DNA of 64,000 nucleotides from Nostoc sp. (GCA_036918135.1 JBALDB010000056.1:352001-416000), one strand, 5' to 3'; positions 22,947-33,683 are shown, counted from the stretch's first letter. Notes: generated by a model from the letters alone, not told the origin. A program made the numbers and translations.

Positions 22947-24689
22947 TCAAATTTGGGGATCTAATTGTTCAGTATAGCGACGGGGTGTATAAACCCAAAT
23001 ACTACCATCGCGGCGGTTGATAATTCGAGTTTTTGTGGAACCGACAAGAATAATTGTCCGCATGTCAGCGGTAGCTGGTGCTAACTCCTCAAGTGTTATT
23101 ACTTTCACAATTTTTCCTGGTCTACCGAGATTTCGTGCTAAAACTACTGGTGTATCCGAAGTTCGATATTGCAATAAAATATTTCTCGCTTCTGCCAGTT
23201 GCCAAGTACGCTCTTTGGAAACAGGATTATAGAAAGCAATTACGAAATCAGCCTCGGCAGCAGCAGCAATTCTTTGGGCGATCGCCGACCAAGGCTTTAA
23301 GATATCAGAAAGAGAAATTGCACAAAAGTCATGTCCCAGCGGCGCACCAATTGCTGCTGCTGCTGCTTGCATCGCGGAGATGCCTGGTGCTACATGAATG
23401 TCGATACTCTCCCATTCCGGTTTAAGATAGCGATCGCATACTTCAAAAACTGCTGTTGCCATCGCATAGATACCAGGGTCGCCAGATGAAACTACAGCTA
23501 CATATCGTCCAGATGCAGCTAAATCGAGCGCCATCTTTGCCCGTGCTTCTTCTTGGCGGTTATCGGACTCATGCCGTTGCTTCCCATCTCCGAGAGAACC
23601 GATTAAATCTAAGTAAGTTTTGTAACCCACTAAATCAGTTGCGGATTTAAGTATTTCCTTGACTTCTCCAGACATCCACTCTTGACCGCCGGGGCCTGTG
23701 CCAATAATCGCTAATCGTCCGCGTGGTTGACCAATGGTGTTGGGGTCGATTGGCTTTTGGGCAATGGCGATCGCCATGTGAGGATAACCAGATAAAGGAG
23801 ATGTACCTGTGGCAGCGATCGCTGCGGCTTGGGCAGGGCTATAACCTTGGGAAAGCAAGTTTTCTAGCTGATTTGAGGTGAAAAAGCGAGCAGGCACTCT
23901 CAAGGCGCTAGCTAAGGTGTGGATAGTGGGATCGGCAGCAGCGGTGATGGGTGCAAATATGCCTGCGACTGATGCGGTTGCTAGTGCAGCATCAGCTAAT
24001 AGTTGCTGTACTAAAGCTACTGGGTCTGTATAGCCAATGATGCCATCAATGGCGATCGCTATAGTTTCAGGATGATAGACAAGGCAGTTGGGCGCAGGAG
24101 TTACTAAGCGTTCTGTAACCTGAATGGTCAAGTCTCCATTTGCATCTATAGGCAGTTTGCTATTGCTCAACCAAGGTGCTGTACCTTGTAACTTGACTTG
24201 CGCCCCAGCGAGCAAATCTGAAATAAATTTTTTCGCATCGTCTGGGTTCGCTAAATGGTATCCGGGGGGAGGAGACAACAGCGCTGTGCCCAAACGTAAA
24301 TCGCCTGTGGCGGTAATTGCGGGTTTGACCTCAAGCGCTTGAGCAATCCGGCGTGCCAAATCATTTACCCCAGCAAGTCCGCCCAACAGAGGGACAACAG
24401 CACTACCATCTTCAGCCACAGCTAACACTGGTGGTTCCTGTCGTTTGTCACAGAACATCGGAGCTAGCGTCCTAATCAAAATACCAGCTGCACAAATGCC
24501 AATCAGCGGCGTTCCCTGAGCAAATAACTCCCGCAGCGTCTCGCCAAAATTCCTGAAGCTGACATCAACCCCAGACGTGCGACCCTCTAATCCATATAAC
24601 GTCGTTCCTGGTAGGACGCTGATTATTTTACGTGCTACTGCTACGCTATTTTGACCTAGTATTACAATGGCGGGTGCAACGTTCATCAT
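22947..24689 (-). CDS. cobJ: CbiG-CobJ fusion, precorrin-3B C17-methyltransferase
   Basis: CbiG N-terminus (GICAAGILIR, EPPVLAV) followed by IGTGPG, VSSGDPGIY, GHDFCAISLSD and YTPRRY. Confidence 0.93.
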   Translation of the reverse strand: MMNVAPAIVILGQNSVAVARKIISVLPGTTLYGLEGRTSGVDVSFRNFGETLRELFAQGTPLIGICAAGILIRTLAPMFCDKRQEPPVLAVAEDGSAVVPLLGGLAGVNDLARRIAQALEVKPAITATGDLRLGTALLSPPPGYHLANPDDAKKFISDLLAGAQVKLQGTAPWLSNSKLPIDANGDLTIQVTERLVTPAPNCLVYHPETIAIAIDGIIGYTDPVALVQQLLADAALATASVAGIFAPITAAADPTIHTLASALRVPARFFTSNQLENLLSQGYSPAQAAAIAATGTSPLSGYPHMAIAIAQKPIDPNTIGQPRGRLAIIGTGPGGQEWMSGEVKEILKSATDLVGYKTYLDLIGSLGDGKQRHESDNRQEEARAKMALDLAASGRYVAVVSSGDPGIYAMATAVFEVCDRYLKPEWESIDIHVAPGISAMQAAAAAIGAPLGHDFCAISLSDILKPWSAIAQRIAAAAEADFVIAFYNPVSKERTWQLAEARNILLQYRTSDTPVVLARNLGRPGKIVKVITLEELAPATADMRTIILVGSTKTRIINRRDGSIWVYTPRRYTEQLDPQI

Positions 24690-24730
24690 TAATGAATTAC
24701 AAATTAATCAATTAGTACTTTATACTCTCA

Positions 24731-24892
24731 CTAAAAACGTGGAATTGAAGACGGCAAGCCAACACGCATAAATAATCTTGCAAATGCTTGAGAAAAGTGT
24801 TCTAAATAAGGAGACTTTAATTGCCACCGACAATCTATGTCTGTGACGTATTTCAATTCATTAACCTGCACTCAGAAAGGGTCTATCGTCAT
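24731..24892 (-). pseudogene. Remnant of a conserved hypothetical gene (internal stop, probable large deletion)
   Basis: Hand translation gives MTIDPF*VQVNELKYVTDIDCRWQLKSPYLEHFSQAFARLFMRVGLPSSIPRF*. The ATG overlaps the stop of the upstream remnant. Confidence 0.6.
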
Positions 24893-25182
24893 TCTTCGTC
24901 TACAAGAAACGGCTGAGGTTTTTTACATCCTTTGAACTTGGCACGCATAACTACCCGCTCTGAGCGCTTCGGTGGAACTGGATTGTAATTTACTTCACCA
25001 ATACTTTTAATATATTCTAGGTATTCTTCTATATGAGTTAAAACTTGCAAAACATTTTCAGTGACCTCTGCTACCCTTCGTCCTTCTAAACTTTACAACA
25101 TAGAGGTAGCTCTTGGCTCAAGTACAATTAATCTGGGTAGAGTTAAGTTGTCATTAGAACGTAGAGGGATTATTGTAGCCAT
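24889..25182 (-). pseudogene. 97-codon hypothetical gene with one premature TAA
   Basis: MATIIPLRSN...RATSML*SLEGRRVAEV...YNPVPPKRSERVVMRAKFKGCKKPQPFLVDEE*, with the internal stop at 25093-25095. Confidence 0.6.
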
Positions 25183-25518
25183 CAGTTAATCAACTCACTT
25201 GTGTATTCTGTAATGCCAAGCTTCAAAAGTTTTGTTCTTTTGTTCATGCATTTGTCGCACAATCTCCTAAAGTTCTACTCCATCTTTGGGAATATTATGC
25301 TCCAAAAACAGGTTTAAATCCTACAGTATATAAATAAAATCATTCGTTGGAGGAGGAACTAGTGCTTGATTAAGAACAAGCATTGCTGCTAATTTCTCTT
25401 AAGGAATTTGTCGCTGTGAGGGAGTATGGGAAGTGTCGGGAGTGTAGAGAGATGACGAAATGGGGAGAGAATTCCACCCCACCACCCTAACTTTCTCACA
25501 CTCCCTGTTTGCCCAATA

Positions 25519-25914
25519 TCAACTAGCTTTACGCTCTTTAAGTACTTGGTCTAGCAAGTTTCGTGCAGGTTGCGCTTTAGCCAACGCTGCTTGATGGTCG
25601 CTGTAAGCACGAACGAGGCGAGAAAGACTGCTCACACCTGCCTTGAGTTGCTCAAGTTCTTCACCACTAACCAATTCTCCATCCAGCATCCGCCCAATCA
25701 AAGGTTTGATGTCGCCCACTTCTTGGCGGACTTTTTGGAGCTTTTCTAGAGAACTCAGTAAGGTTTTTAACGAGTTCAAGATATCATCAATATCTTGGCC
25801 ATCTTCTACTGGTTCAAGCTCCTCTTCAATTGTTACCGTATCTTTGTCTGAAATTGTAGGCAATTCCTGTGCAGAAGTTTCATTTTTAACTCCGTTTGAC
25901 CGTGGCATCAACAT
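25519..25914 (-). CDS. Helical/coiled-coil hypothetical protein
   Basis: 131 aa ORF with protein-like composition; gagg upstream of the start. Confidence 0.7.
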   Translation of the reverse strand: MLMPRSNGVKNETSAQELPTISDKDTVTIEEELEPVEDGQDIDDILNSLKTLLSSLEKLQKVRQEVGDIKPLIGRMLDGELVSGEELEQLKAGVSSLSRLVRAYSDHQAALAKAQPARNLLDQVLKERKAS

Positions 25915-26044
25915 TTCCTCAAGGAATTTTTCTTAGTGTATCGCTTATTTTAAGTTTCTCAAGAGATTATTGTTATAATTCGTTAAATAAGTAATTATGA
26001 AAATTCAACTGTATGTAAATTAATAAACTATTTATAATTGTATA

Positions 26045-26482
26045 TTATTTACAGTGTTGTTGAAGAAGAGACATAGCTAATTCAAAACTATTAGGTTGAG
26101 TTTGTACTGCATAAGCTTCTCTTTCTAAATCTTGCCTGTGGACATCGGTATAATGCATAAAAAATGGTCGAGCATAATTGATAGGCTGAATATTTAAACC
26201 TAAAGTTTTTATTTTTCCTTTTCCCGCACATACTTGTGCGGCATGAACAGCTTCGTGGGTTAGGGTTTGAGTACCGATGTTTAGCTCAAAAACTACTGGA
26301 TTAATCCAAATTTTTTTGCTAGCTTCTTGTAATAAACCATAAGCGCCTCGCTTTGGTGGTAGTTGAATTATTACTTGAAATCCATATTTTTCTAATTTAT
26401 TTTTTAAATTGATAAATTTTTTATCTGGATCAGGTAATTGAGCAGTTAATAAGAAAGAAGTTAAGAATAAAGTTGGTATCAT
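26045..26482 (-). CDS. Secreted HExxH protein (putative zinc metallopeptidase fold)
   Basis: Signal-like N-terminus, TLTHEAVHAAQ and a downstream EREAY. Confidence 0.65.
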   Translation of the reverse strand: MIPTLFLTSFLLTAQLPDPDKKFINLKNKLEKYGFQVIIQLPPKRGAYGLLQEASKKIWINPVVFELNIGTQTLTHEAVHAAQVCAGKGKIKTLGLNIQPINYARPFFMHYTDVHRQDLEREAYAVQTQPNSFELAMSLLQQHCK

Positions 26483-26554
26483 AAAAAATTGCGTATTGCC
26501 TTCCAAGTGAGCCAAAATATTTAAAATTATGTCTACTCAATTAACCATAATAAA

Positions 26555-27080
26555 TAATATAGGACTACTATTTTATTTTTCAAAAGATACGTAGTGGACT
26601 GGTAAGGCTAAAATGCTGCAAAAAATTGTAGGTTGGGTTGACGTAAGGAAACCCAACTCCTTGATTAACATTGGGTTTCACGTTGCTCAAACGCCACTTG
26701 CTTGGCTGTTGGCACGCAAGGGCGCAGTGGCTCCCCAACCTACACGTAACGCACTCTTTTAAGCTTGCTACGCCACTACAATACCTAATTTTCTTCAAAC
26801 AATCAAATATTATTCCGATATAAAATTGAATTTTTACTTTTACCTTACTAGTACAGCAGACGCGTAAATAAACCACCCATTCTAAATCAATAAAACCCTA
26901 ATAGTATAGTAATTACGAATTATGAAAAATACATAGCTTGCTTCTCGCATCTACGCGAGAATTACGAATTTCACTCAGCAGTACTAGTACAGCACGGCGG
27001 AAATAAACAACCCATTCAAAATCAACGAAACGCTTATACTATATTCATTTTGACTTTTGACTTCCGCCTTGCGGTACTAG
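26555..27080. repeat. Cluster of nested REP/REPIN-like and MITE-like elements
   Basis: gtaggttggg...cccaacctac (26628-26743) lies inside gtagtgg...ccactac. Two tandem ctagtac...gtactag-bounded units follow (26848-26987, 26984-27080). Confidence 0.7.
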
Positions 27081-27433
27081 GTTGTTCTAATATGTCGAAG
27101 AAACTCAATATTCAAATCTAGCTTTGTTCCTAACCATAATGAACGATCTGCGTGGTCTGCCACGTCATCGCCTGTTTCAGGATGGACGAGAATATCTAAA
27201 CCCTGACGATTGAGCATTAACCAGGGGACAACTTTATCAAACTGATTCGGTAAGAAAGCAACTTGATACATTGCTTTTGGGTGAGGGCCGATGGGCTTGT
27301 CAAACCAGCGTCCAAGCTTCACATCAAATCTAGCGCCCAATTCTTCACGCACATGGGCGGCGATATCCTTAGTCGTAATATCAAAGTAGACATGAGCGTG
27401 AAAACCAGTAATTTCGATAATATCTTCTTTCAT
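27077..27433 (-). CDS. DOPA 4,5-dioxygenase family protein
   Basis: FHAHVYF, PIGPHP and LDILVHPETGD...DH..WLG motifs. Confidence 0.9.
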   Translation of the reverse strand: MKEDIIEITGFHAHVYFDITTKDIAAHVREELGARFDVKLGRWFDKPIGPHPKAMYQVAFLPNQFDKVVPWLMLNRQGLDILVHPETGDDVADHADRSLWLGTKLDLNIEFLRHIRTT

Positions 27434-27659
27434 CGTTCCTAGATCCACTTTTCGCTCTCAACTCTAATTTTAGGTAGTGGACTTTTTATTACTTAAAAAG
27501 CGTTGGCGTTGGCGTAGCCTCTAGTAGATAACCCCGCCGTACGTACCGCTCTTTACTTAATACCGTGCAATTAACGCTCCTTTACCTAATAATCATTTCT
27601 AAAAATATCTATAACATACAAATTAGTTGTATAGCATATAGTTATACACCCCTAACTAT

Positions 27660-27805
27660 ATATAGCAGTCAGATTTGATTAGCAAAGCGATCGCAAAGTT
27701 TTGTGCGATTGCTTCTCTAGGAGACACTACGCGTAGCTTGCTTCCACGTTCGCGTAGCGTCCCGCAGGGAAGTGGTACGCTTTACTTCGTTGCGCTCGCA
27801 ATGAT
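27660..27805. repeat. Composite small dispersed repeat
   Basis: gattgct...cgctcgcaatga REP-like unit carrying an insert that is shared with ~6807. Confidence 0.5.
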
Positions 27806-28031
27806 ATTTTATAAGCAATCAATCGAAGATAACATAAGAGCCAAAAGGCACTCTTATAAAAGAGTTATAGAAGATTAAAATGTGTGGAATTGTTCATGAT
27901 ATCAAACAGCAATACTATATCTCTATCAACTACTTTCTAAAATGCTATAAGTCTTGTGATAGTTGAAATGAAATCCACACAAAAGGAAAGTTTCTAAATC
28001 TTGTTAGCTATCACTTGTGCAATGTTCGTAC

Positions 28032-28568
28032 TTAGTTCACACCTGAAGTGCTTGTATTTTCTTTCATAAGTTCATCTTTTTTATCGATAACTGAAAGATG
28101 CACAATATGTACCGAACAAGGAGCATGGTGAAGGACGTAGTTACTCACACTACCGAGAAATAATTCTGTTAGCCCAGAGCGACCGCGACGCCCCATAACA
28201 ATTAAGTCAGCGCCATAACTACGGGCTGTTTCACAAATAAGGCGACCAGGATTGCCAATATTTTGAGTAAATTCCGTAGTCAGACTTGCTGTATTTCCTT
28301 CGGCACAGAAAGATTGCAACATCTGGATACCTTGATTTTTAAGGGTATCCCACTGCTGCTGGTATAACTCGAAGTTTTGAGTACTCAATTCCGGGTAATA
28401 GTCAAAATTTGACAGTGAAGGTACGTAAGGACTACCATCTTCTTCTGGTGATAGGACATGCAATAGCATCAAGTTAGCTTGTGTTAACTTTGCTAAACCT
28501 AATGCTTGGTCAAAAACCTTTTGCTTTATTTCCGAGCGATCTAATGCAACTAAAATCTTTTTAAACAT
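28032..28568 (-). CDS. Universal stress protein (UspA family)
   Basis: KKILVALD and ADLIVMGRRGRSGLTELFLGSVSNYVLHHAPCSV motifs. Confidence 0.93.
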   Translation of the reverse strand: MFKKILVALDRSEIKQKVFDQALGLAKLTQANLMLLHVLSPEEDGSPYVPSLSNFDYYPELSTQNFELYQQQWDTLKNQGIQMLQSFCAEGNTASLTTEFTQNIGNPGRLICETARSYGADLIVMGRRGRSGLTELFLGSVSNYVLHHAPCSVHIVHLSVIDKKDELMKENTSTSGVN

Positions 28569-29184
28569 TATAGACCTCCAGTTCTATTGGTAATTGCTCT
28601 TTACGATTTCGGATTTGCAGATGCTGGATTGTCAAAAACGAGCAATCCCTTTACTATGTTTGGTGACAGTTTACACTATTTTCAATAACTGTGGAGTATT
28701 GACACTACAATAATTGCAATGAAGCAACTTGTGCCAGGTATCAGTTTAGCAACTTTTGAATTTTAAATTCCTGAAACGCCTTAGTCTTATAGTTATATTT
28801 ATAGTAAAAGAATTTGAGATTCTTGTGAAGAAAGCAAATGTGTCGTAAATCTGAACTTACCTTCAGCATCTTTCTTCAAACAGCCCTAGCCAAAATCGAG
28901 TTTGAGGCTTGAATATATTTATTTACATTAGAGGAAGGTATATAATAAATATCAAAAATTTAAAATCCAGTCATGAGAAGGATTGCAGGCTAAAAGGAAG
29001 TTTTATTTATTAATTCGATTCCATAAAAGGGTCAATAGAGCCTAAATTAATAAAACTAAAATAAGCATTTTTTGATACTAAGTTGCATTCGGTTGTAGTA
29101 GTTTGGATTTGCTGAGATTGCTTCCTTGCGCTCTGCTCCAATGGCAATGACAGAATAGTACTATCTTTTGACGGCAATTTGGTA

Positions 29185-29370
29185 TTAATTTGTTAACAGT
29201 GTCCTCGATAGATTTGCACTGACTGAATATCGATCGCCTCCTTGCTCTTTAGCAGCATAAAGGGCTTGATCTGTCAGGGCAATCAGTGTATTTGGTAAAT
29301 TTCCCAGTGTGGGGATTGTACTGCCAATCCCAAGACTGACACTTACAATCTCACTGATATCAGATCGCTT
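29185..29370 (-). pseudogene. C-terminal fragment of a GGDEF diguanylate cyclase
   Basis: IVSVSLGIGS...LIALTDQALYAAKEQGGDRY is present; the GGDEF motif and upstream part are absent. Confidence 0.75.
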
Positions 29371-29610
29371 TTTACTAGTCATCCTCAAACAGCAATAAAT
29401 TGAGTCATATTTTCCCAGAATGCGGAAAACTCACGTATTTAAGTCATAAATCTGTATTTTTTAATTTTATACTCAGTAATTTCTCTCTATCTGATCAATT
29501 TCGCAAGATAGAAGTTTGAATTTTTCCTGCAAGCGAAGTATTGACTTAACTATAATATTTTGACAAGCTAATAGTTAGTTAATCTAATAAAATTAATTGC
29601 ATCGAAACTT

Positions 29611-30462
29611 GTGACAATACTTACAGGAAAAATTAATCGTTCGCAACCTCCTAGCGAGTCAAAATCAGTGATTTTGGAAACTCAGGGACTGACGCGCCGT
29701 TTTGGCAAGTTAACCGCTGTTAATAACCTGAGTATATCTGTGGAACAAGGTGAAGTATTTGGGCTGCTCGGGCCGAATGGAGCCGGCAAAAGTACAGTGA
29801 TTAAAATGTTGACAACCTTACTGCCTATTAGTGCAGGGAGAGCAATTTTAGCTGGCTATGATGTGACTCGTCAATCCGATCCTGTCAGACGCGCTATCGG
29901 CTATGTGCCCCAAGCGCTGTCTGCTGATGGTAGCCTGACGGGTTACGAAAATCTGTTAATCTTTGCCAAGCTGTATGAAATACCAACAAAAAAACGCGAT
30001 CGCTGCATCCGTGAAATTCTAGAGTATATGGGTTTGCAAGATGCAGCCAGGCGCTTAGTACGAACCTACTCTGGTGGGATGATCCGCAAGCTGGAAATTG
30101 CCCAATCGATTTTGCATCAACCCCAAATTTTATTTCTAGATGAGCCGACTGTCGGACTAGACCCCATAGCCCGCACTCAAGTATGGCAACTTGTGCTACA
30201 ACTTTGTGCTGATTACAGCACAACTATATTTTTAACAACCCACTTTTTAGATGAAGCGGACAGTCTTTGTAGCCGAGTAGCGATTATGCAACAAGGCGAA
30301 GTCGTGACCATAGGCACACCAAAGGACTTAAAAGCCTCTTTGGGTAAAGCTAACGCAACTTTGGATGATGTCTTTATTCACTACACAGGTGACCAGTTAA
30401 CATCAGGAGTCAACTACCGTGACACAGCAAGAACCAGACGCACTGCTCAACGGTTGGGTTAA
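29611..30462 (+). CDS. ABC transporter ATP-binding protein (DrrA-like)
   Basis: GPNGAGKS, YSGGM and FLDEPT motifs. Confidence 0.93.
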   Translation: MTILTGKINRSQPPSESKSVILETQGLTRRFGKLTAVNNLSISVEQGEVFGLLGPNGAGKSTVIKMLTTLLPISAGRAILAGYDVTRQSDPVRRAIGYVPQALSADGSLTGYENLLIFAKLYEIPTKKRDRCIREILEYMGLQDAARRLVRTYSGGMIRKLEIAQSILHQPQILFLDEPTVGLDPIARTQVWQLVLQLCADYSTTIFLTTHFLDEADSLCSRVAIMQQGEVVTIGTPKDLKASLGKANATLDDVFIHYTGDQLTSGVNYRDTARTRRTAQRLG

Positions 30463-31273
30463 GGTACAACCTACTCGCCGAGCTAATTTCATCTCTGCAT
30501 TTTTCGAGCTAATTACCAAAACCTTAGCGATCGCTGAATTGGAAGTACGTAAACTACGCCACGATCCGACTGATTTAATAGTTCGAGCTGTGCAACCAGC
30601 TTTATGGTTGCTAATTTTTGGGCAAGTTTTCTCCCGGACTCGCGCCATTCCTACGGGAAACGTACCTTATTTAGATTTCATCTCTGCTGGGATTCTGGCT
30701 CAGAGTGTCCTCTTTGTGGCAATTTTTACTGGTGGGATAACGTTGATTTGGGAGCGAGATTTAGGGATTGTACATAAATTCTTAGCTAGTCCTACACCCC
30801 GTATGGCGATGGTTTTGGGTAAAGCACTGGCGTGTGGAGTGCGGTGCTTATCACAGGTAGTAGTCATTTACGGATTAACATTTTTGTTAGGTGTTAAACT
30901 CAATCTCCATCCCCTAGCGATTCTGCAAGTGCTAGTGTTGGTGTTGCTAGCGGCGGCTTGCTTTTGTCTTTTTTCATTAATTATTGGCTGTTTGGTGAAA
31001 ACGCGAGAACGAATGACGGGTATTGGGCAGTTGTTATCAATGCCCTTGTTTTTTGCTAGCAATGCCATCTATCCCATTTCCTTGATGCCCAATTGGTTAA
31101 AATTCCTTTCTCATTTAAATCCTTTAACTTACGAGGTTGATGGCTTACGCGGCACCATGCTGCTCAGAGGCACTAGCATCTATGGCTTTGGTCTGGATTG
31201 TACAATTCTCTTATTAACATTAATAATCTTAGCCATCATTAGTGGACGACTTTATCCACGGGTGGCGATGTAA
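30419..31273 (+). CDS. ABC-2 type permease (DrrB-like)
   Basis: About six TM segments with WERDLG and NPLTY motifs; overlaps the ATPase gene. Confidence 0.9.
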   Translation: MTQQEPDALLNGWVKVQPTRRANFISAFFELITKTLAIAELEVRKLRHDPTDLIVRAVQPALWLLIFGQVFSRTRAIPTGNVPYLDFISAGILAQSVLFVAIFTGGITLIWERDLGIVHKFLASPTPRMAMVLGKALACGVRCLSQVVVIYGLTFLLGVKLNLHPLAILQVLVLVLLAAACFCLFSLIIGCLVKTRERMTGIGQLLSMPLFFASNAIYPISLMPNWLKFLSHLNPLTYEVDGLRGTMLLRGTSIYGFGLDCTILLLTLIILAIISGRLYPRVAM

Positions 31274-31292
31274 TCAGGAGAACAACAATCCC

Positions 31293-31766
31293 ATGACCTT
31301 GGATAAACCTACTCAAGGTACAACTTCCGAAGAATGTGCTGCCAGAGTAATGGAAACAGTTCCATTAGTAATGCGGTTTATCCGAGCGGATATGCGTGCC
31401 CACAGCGCCGCTTTTTTATCTATACCTCAGTTGCGATCGCTGGCATTTATTAACCGCAATCCTGGTGCTTCATTATCTGACTTGGCAGAGCATTTGGGTG
31501 TCACCTCTGCCACAGCATCAGCAACCATAGAACGCCTAGTCCAACGCAACTTTGTCGAACGCATCGCCGATCCTCAAGAGCGGCGGCGAGTGCTGCTCAA
31601 TCTCACCCAGGAGGGAAAGCTGCAACTCAAGCAATCCCAGGATCAAACTCGCGCTCATATTACTGACCTGCTCCAAGGTCTGACACAAGAGCAAATTTCC
31701 AATATTGAAGAAGGCTTAACTCTACTCAAAAATGTCTTCGAGCAAAGAGAAATCAAATCGCCATAG
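31293..31766 (+). CDS. MarR family transcriptional regulator
   Basis: SLSDLAEHLGVTSATASATIERLV and DPQERRRVLLNLT; aggag upstream of ATG 31293. Confidence 0.92.
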   Translation: MTLDKPTQGTTSEECAARVMETVPLVMRFIRADMRAHSAAFLSIPQLRSLAFINRNPGASLSDLAEHLGVTSATASATIERLVQRNFVERIADPQERRRVLLNLTQEGKLQLKQSQDQTRAHITDLLQGLTQEQISNIEEGLTLLKNVFEQREIKSP

Positions 31767-33000
31767 CTCTGAGGTTGCACAGCACGATCCTTTTGCAGCC
31801 CTGAGATTTCGAGATTATCGGTTATTTACCATTGGACGCGTGCTGCTGTTCGTGGGATCGGAAATGCAAAATGTAGCCATCGGCTGGGAACTCTATGAGC
31901 GTACTAGCTCGGCTTTGGTTTTAGGTGGTGTGGGGCTAGCGCAAGTCTTACCGATGATTGCTCTGACGTTGATTGCTGGAGATGTGGCCGATCGCCGCGA
32001 TCGCAAACTCACCATGTTACTCTCGGTAATGTTGCTCGCTCTGTGTTCCCTGGCTTTAGCAGTACTTTCTTATACTCATGGTGCAGTTTTTCTGATTTAC
32101 GCCTGTTTGGTATTCACAGGTATCGCTAGGGCATTCCTCAAACCTGCTGGTGACGCGCTAATGTGGCAGTTAATACCTGTGAGTGCTTTTACCAATGCAG
32201 CCACTTGGAATAGTAGTAGTTTTCAGCTAGCCGCAGTTCTCGGCCCCGCCTTGGGAGGATTTGGGATTGCGCTGTTCAAAAGTGCCACGGGAGTATATGT
32301 AGTAGCAGGGATCGCGGCGTTGCTGTGTTTTATGTTGACACTGGCAATTACAGAGAAAAAAGGCATCCGCGCCAGCGAGCCAATATCGCTCAAAGCCCTT
32401 GCTGGCGGTGCCGAATTTGTCTGGCAAAATCAGTTAATTTTAGCTGCAATTACATTGGATATGTTTGCTGTGTTGTTGGGTGGTGCGATCGCCTTACTAC
32501 CCATCTTTGCCAAAGATATTTTACATGTCGGCCCAGTGGGGTTGGGATACCTCCAGGGAGCTAATTCCATCGGTGCTTTGACTATGGCGATTACCCTGGC
32601 GTATCTACCACCATTACGCAAAGCAGGCCCGGCTTTACTGTGGTCAGTAGGTGGCTTTGGGGTTGTAACAATTATCTTTGGGCTTTCTCATTCCTTTTGG
32701 CTGTCTATGTTGATGCTGACACTCGGTGGCGCACTAGATAGTATTAGTGTTGTGATTCGCCACACATTAGTTCAAATCAAAACGCCAGATTATTTGCGTG
32801 GTCGAGTTGCTGCCATCAATAACGTGTTTATTAGTGCTTCTAATGAGTTGGGGGGCTTTGAATCAGGCTTGACTGCTGCCTTGTTTGGCCCGGTGATTTC
32901 TGTTGTCGGTGGGGGAATTGGCACAATTTTAGTAGTGATTGCTACAGCGATGATTTGGCCGGGAATTCGTAAATTAGGTGCTTTACAGGAGTATAAATAA
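31732..33000 (+). CDS. MFS transporter
   Basis: About 12 TM segments with AGDVADRRDRK and TPDYLRGRV motifs. Confidence 0.9.
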   Translation: MSSSKEKSNRHSSEVAQHDPFAALRFRDYRLFTIGRVLLFVGSEMQNVAIGWELYERTSSALVLGGVGLAQVLPMIALTLIAGDVADRRDRKLTMLLSVMLLALCSLALAVLSYTHGAVFLIYACLVFTGIARAFLKPAGDALMWQLIPVSAFTNAATWNSSSFQLAAVLGPALGGFGIALFKSATGVYVVAGIAALLCFMLTLAITEKKGIRASEPISLKALAGGAEFVWQNQLILAAITLDMFAVLLGGAIALLPIFAKDILHVGPVGLGYLQGANSIGALTMAITLAYLPPLRKAGPALLWSVGGFGVVTIIFGLSHSFWLSMLMLTLGGALDSISVVIRHTLVQIKTPDYLRGRVAAINNVFISASNELGGFESGLTAALFGPVISVVGGGIGTILVVIATAMIWPGIRKLGALQEYK

Positions 33001-33014
33001 GTAGGAGGTGCAGT

Positions 33015-33650
33015 TTAGCCAACGCCAATTAGAGACTGGCTCATGACTACATTCATCAAACTGTCTAGTAGGCGATCGCGTGATAAACAAGTAAGTTCTT
33101 TCCCATATAAAATTTCTTGGACAATTACATAGGACACCAGTGAGCCGAAAAAAATGTGAGCCATTGCTTCCGGGTCAGAAATTCTCAATTCTGGATGAGA
33201 TGCAAAATACTGACTGAGTATTTGCCGACCACGCTGCACAACGGTTTGATTATAAAGTTTGGCTAGTTCTGGAAAATTTTGTGACTCGGTAATAATCAAA
33301 CGCAACAATGCCAAATAATCGGGATTATCAGCAACTTTGGTTAGGTAAATCTCAGCAACTTGACGCAATAAAATCCCAGGTTCACCGTGCAATTTTTCTG
33401 TGCAAAAAAGGCTTTGGAAACAAGCGAGTGTTAACCGTTCAATCAACGCTTTAAACAGCCCTTCTTTATCTTGAAAATAATTGTAGATTGTTTGTTTCGA
33501 TACCCCAGCTTCCGCACTGACACGATCCATACTCGTTCTAGCATAACCCTCCTGTAAAAATACCCGTATCGCTCCTTGCAAGATTTGCTCCTGTTTTTGA
33601 GTAATCGCAGGTAAAGGATTTTCTAATTGGGAAGTAGGGATTTTAGCCAT
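33015..33650 (-). CDS. TetR/AcrR family transcriptional regulator
   Basis: GYARTSMDRVSAEAGVSKQTIYNYFQDKEGLF HTH. Confidence 0.93.
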   Translation of the reverse strand: MAKIPTSQLENPLPAITQKQEQILQGAIRVFLQEGYARTSMDRVSAEAGVSKQTIYNYFQDKEGLFKALIERLTLACFQSLFCTEKLHGEPGILLRQVAEIYLTKVADNPDYLALLRLIITESQNFPELAKLYNQTVVQRGRQILSQYFASHPELRISDPEAMAHIFFGSLVSYVIVQEILYGKELTCLSRDRLLDSLMNVVMSQSLIGVG

Positions 33651-33683
33651 GAAAAGTAAATATTTTTGCGTATATCTTGCTTT

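Noticed and set aside
24690..25500. Cobalamin riboswitch upstream of cobJ
   Set aside because: I could not find a B12-box by eye, and pseudogene frames explain much of the region. An Rfam scan would be decisive.
26580..26876. 98 aa minus-strand ORF
   Set aside because: It lies within nested repeat elements and is likely spurious.
27675..27878. 67 aa ORF
   Set aside because: It is mostly a translation of a dispersed repeat.
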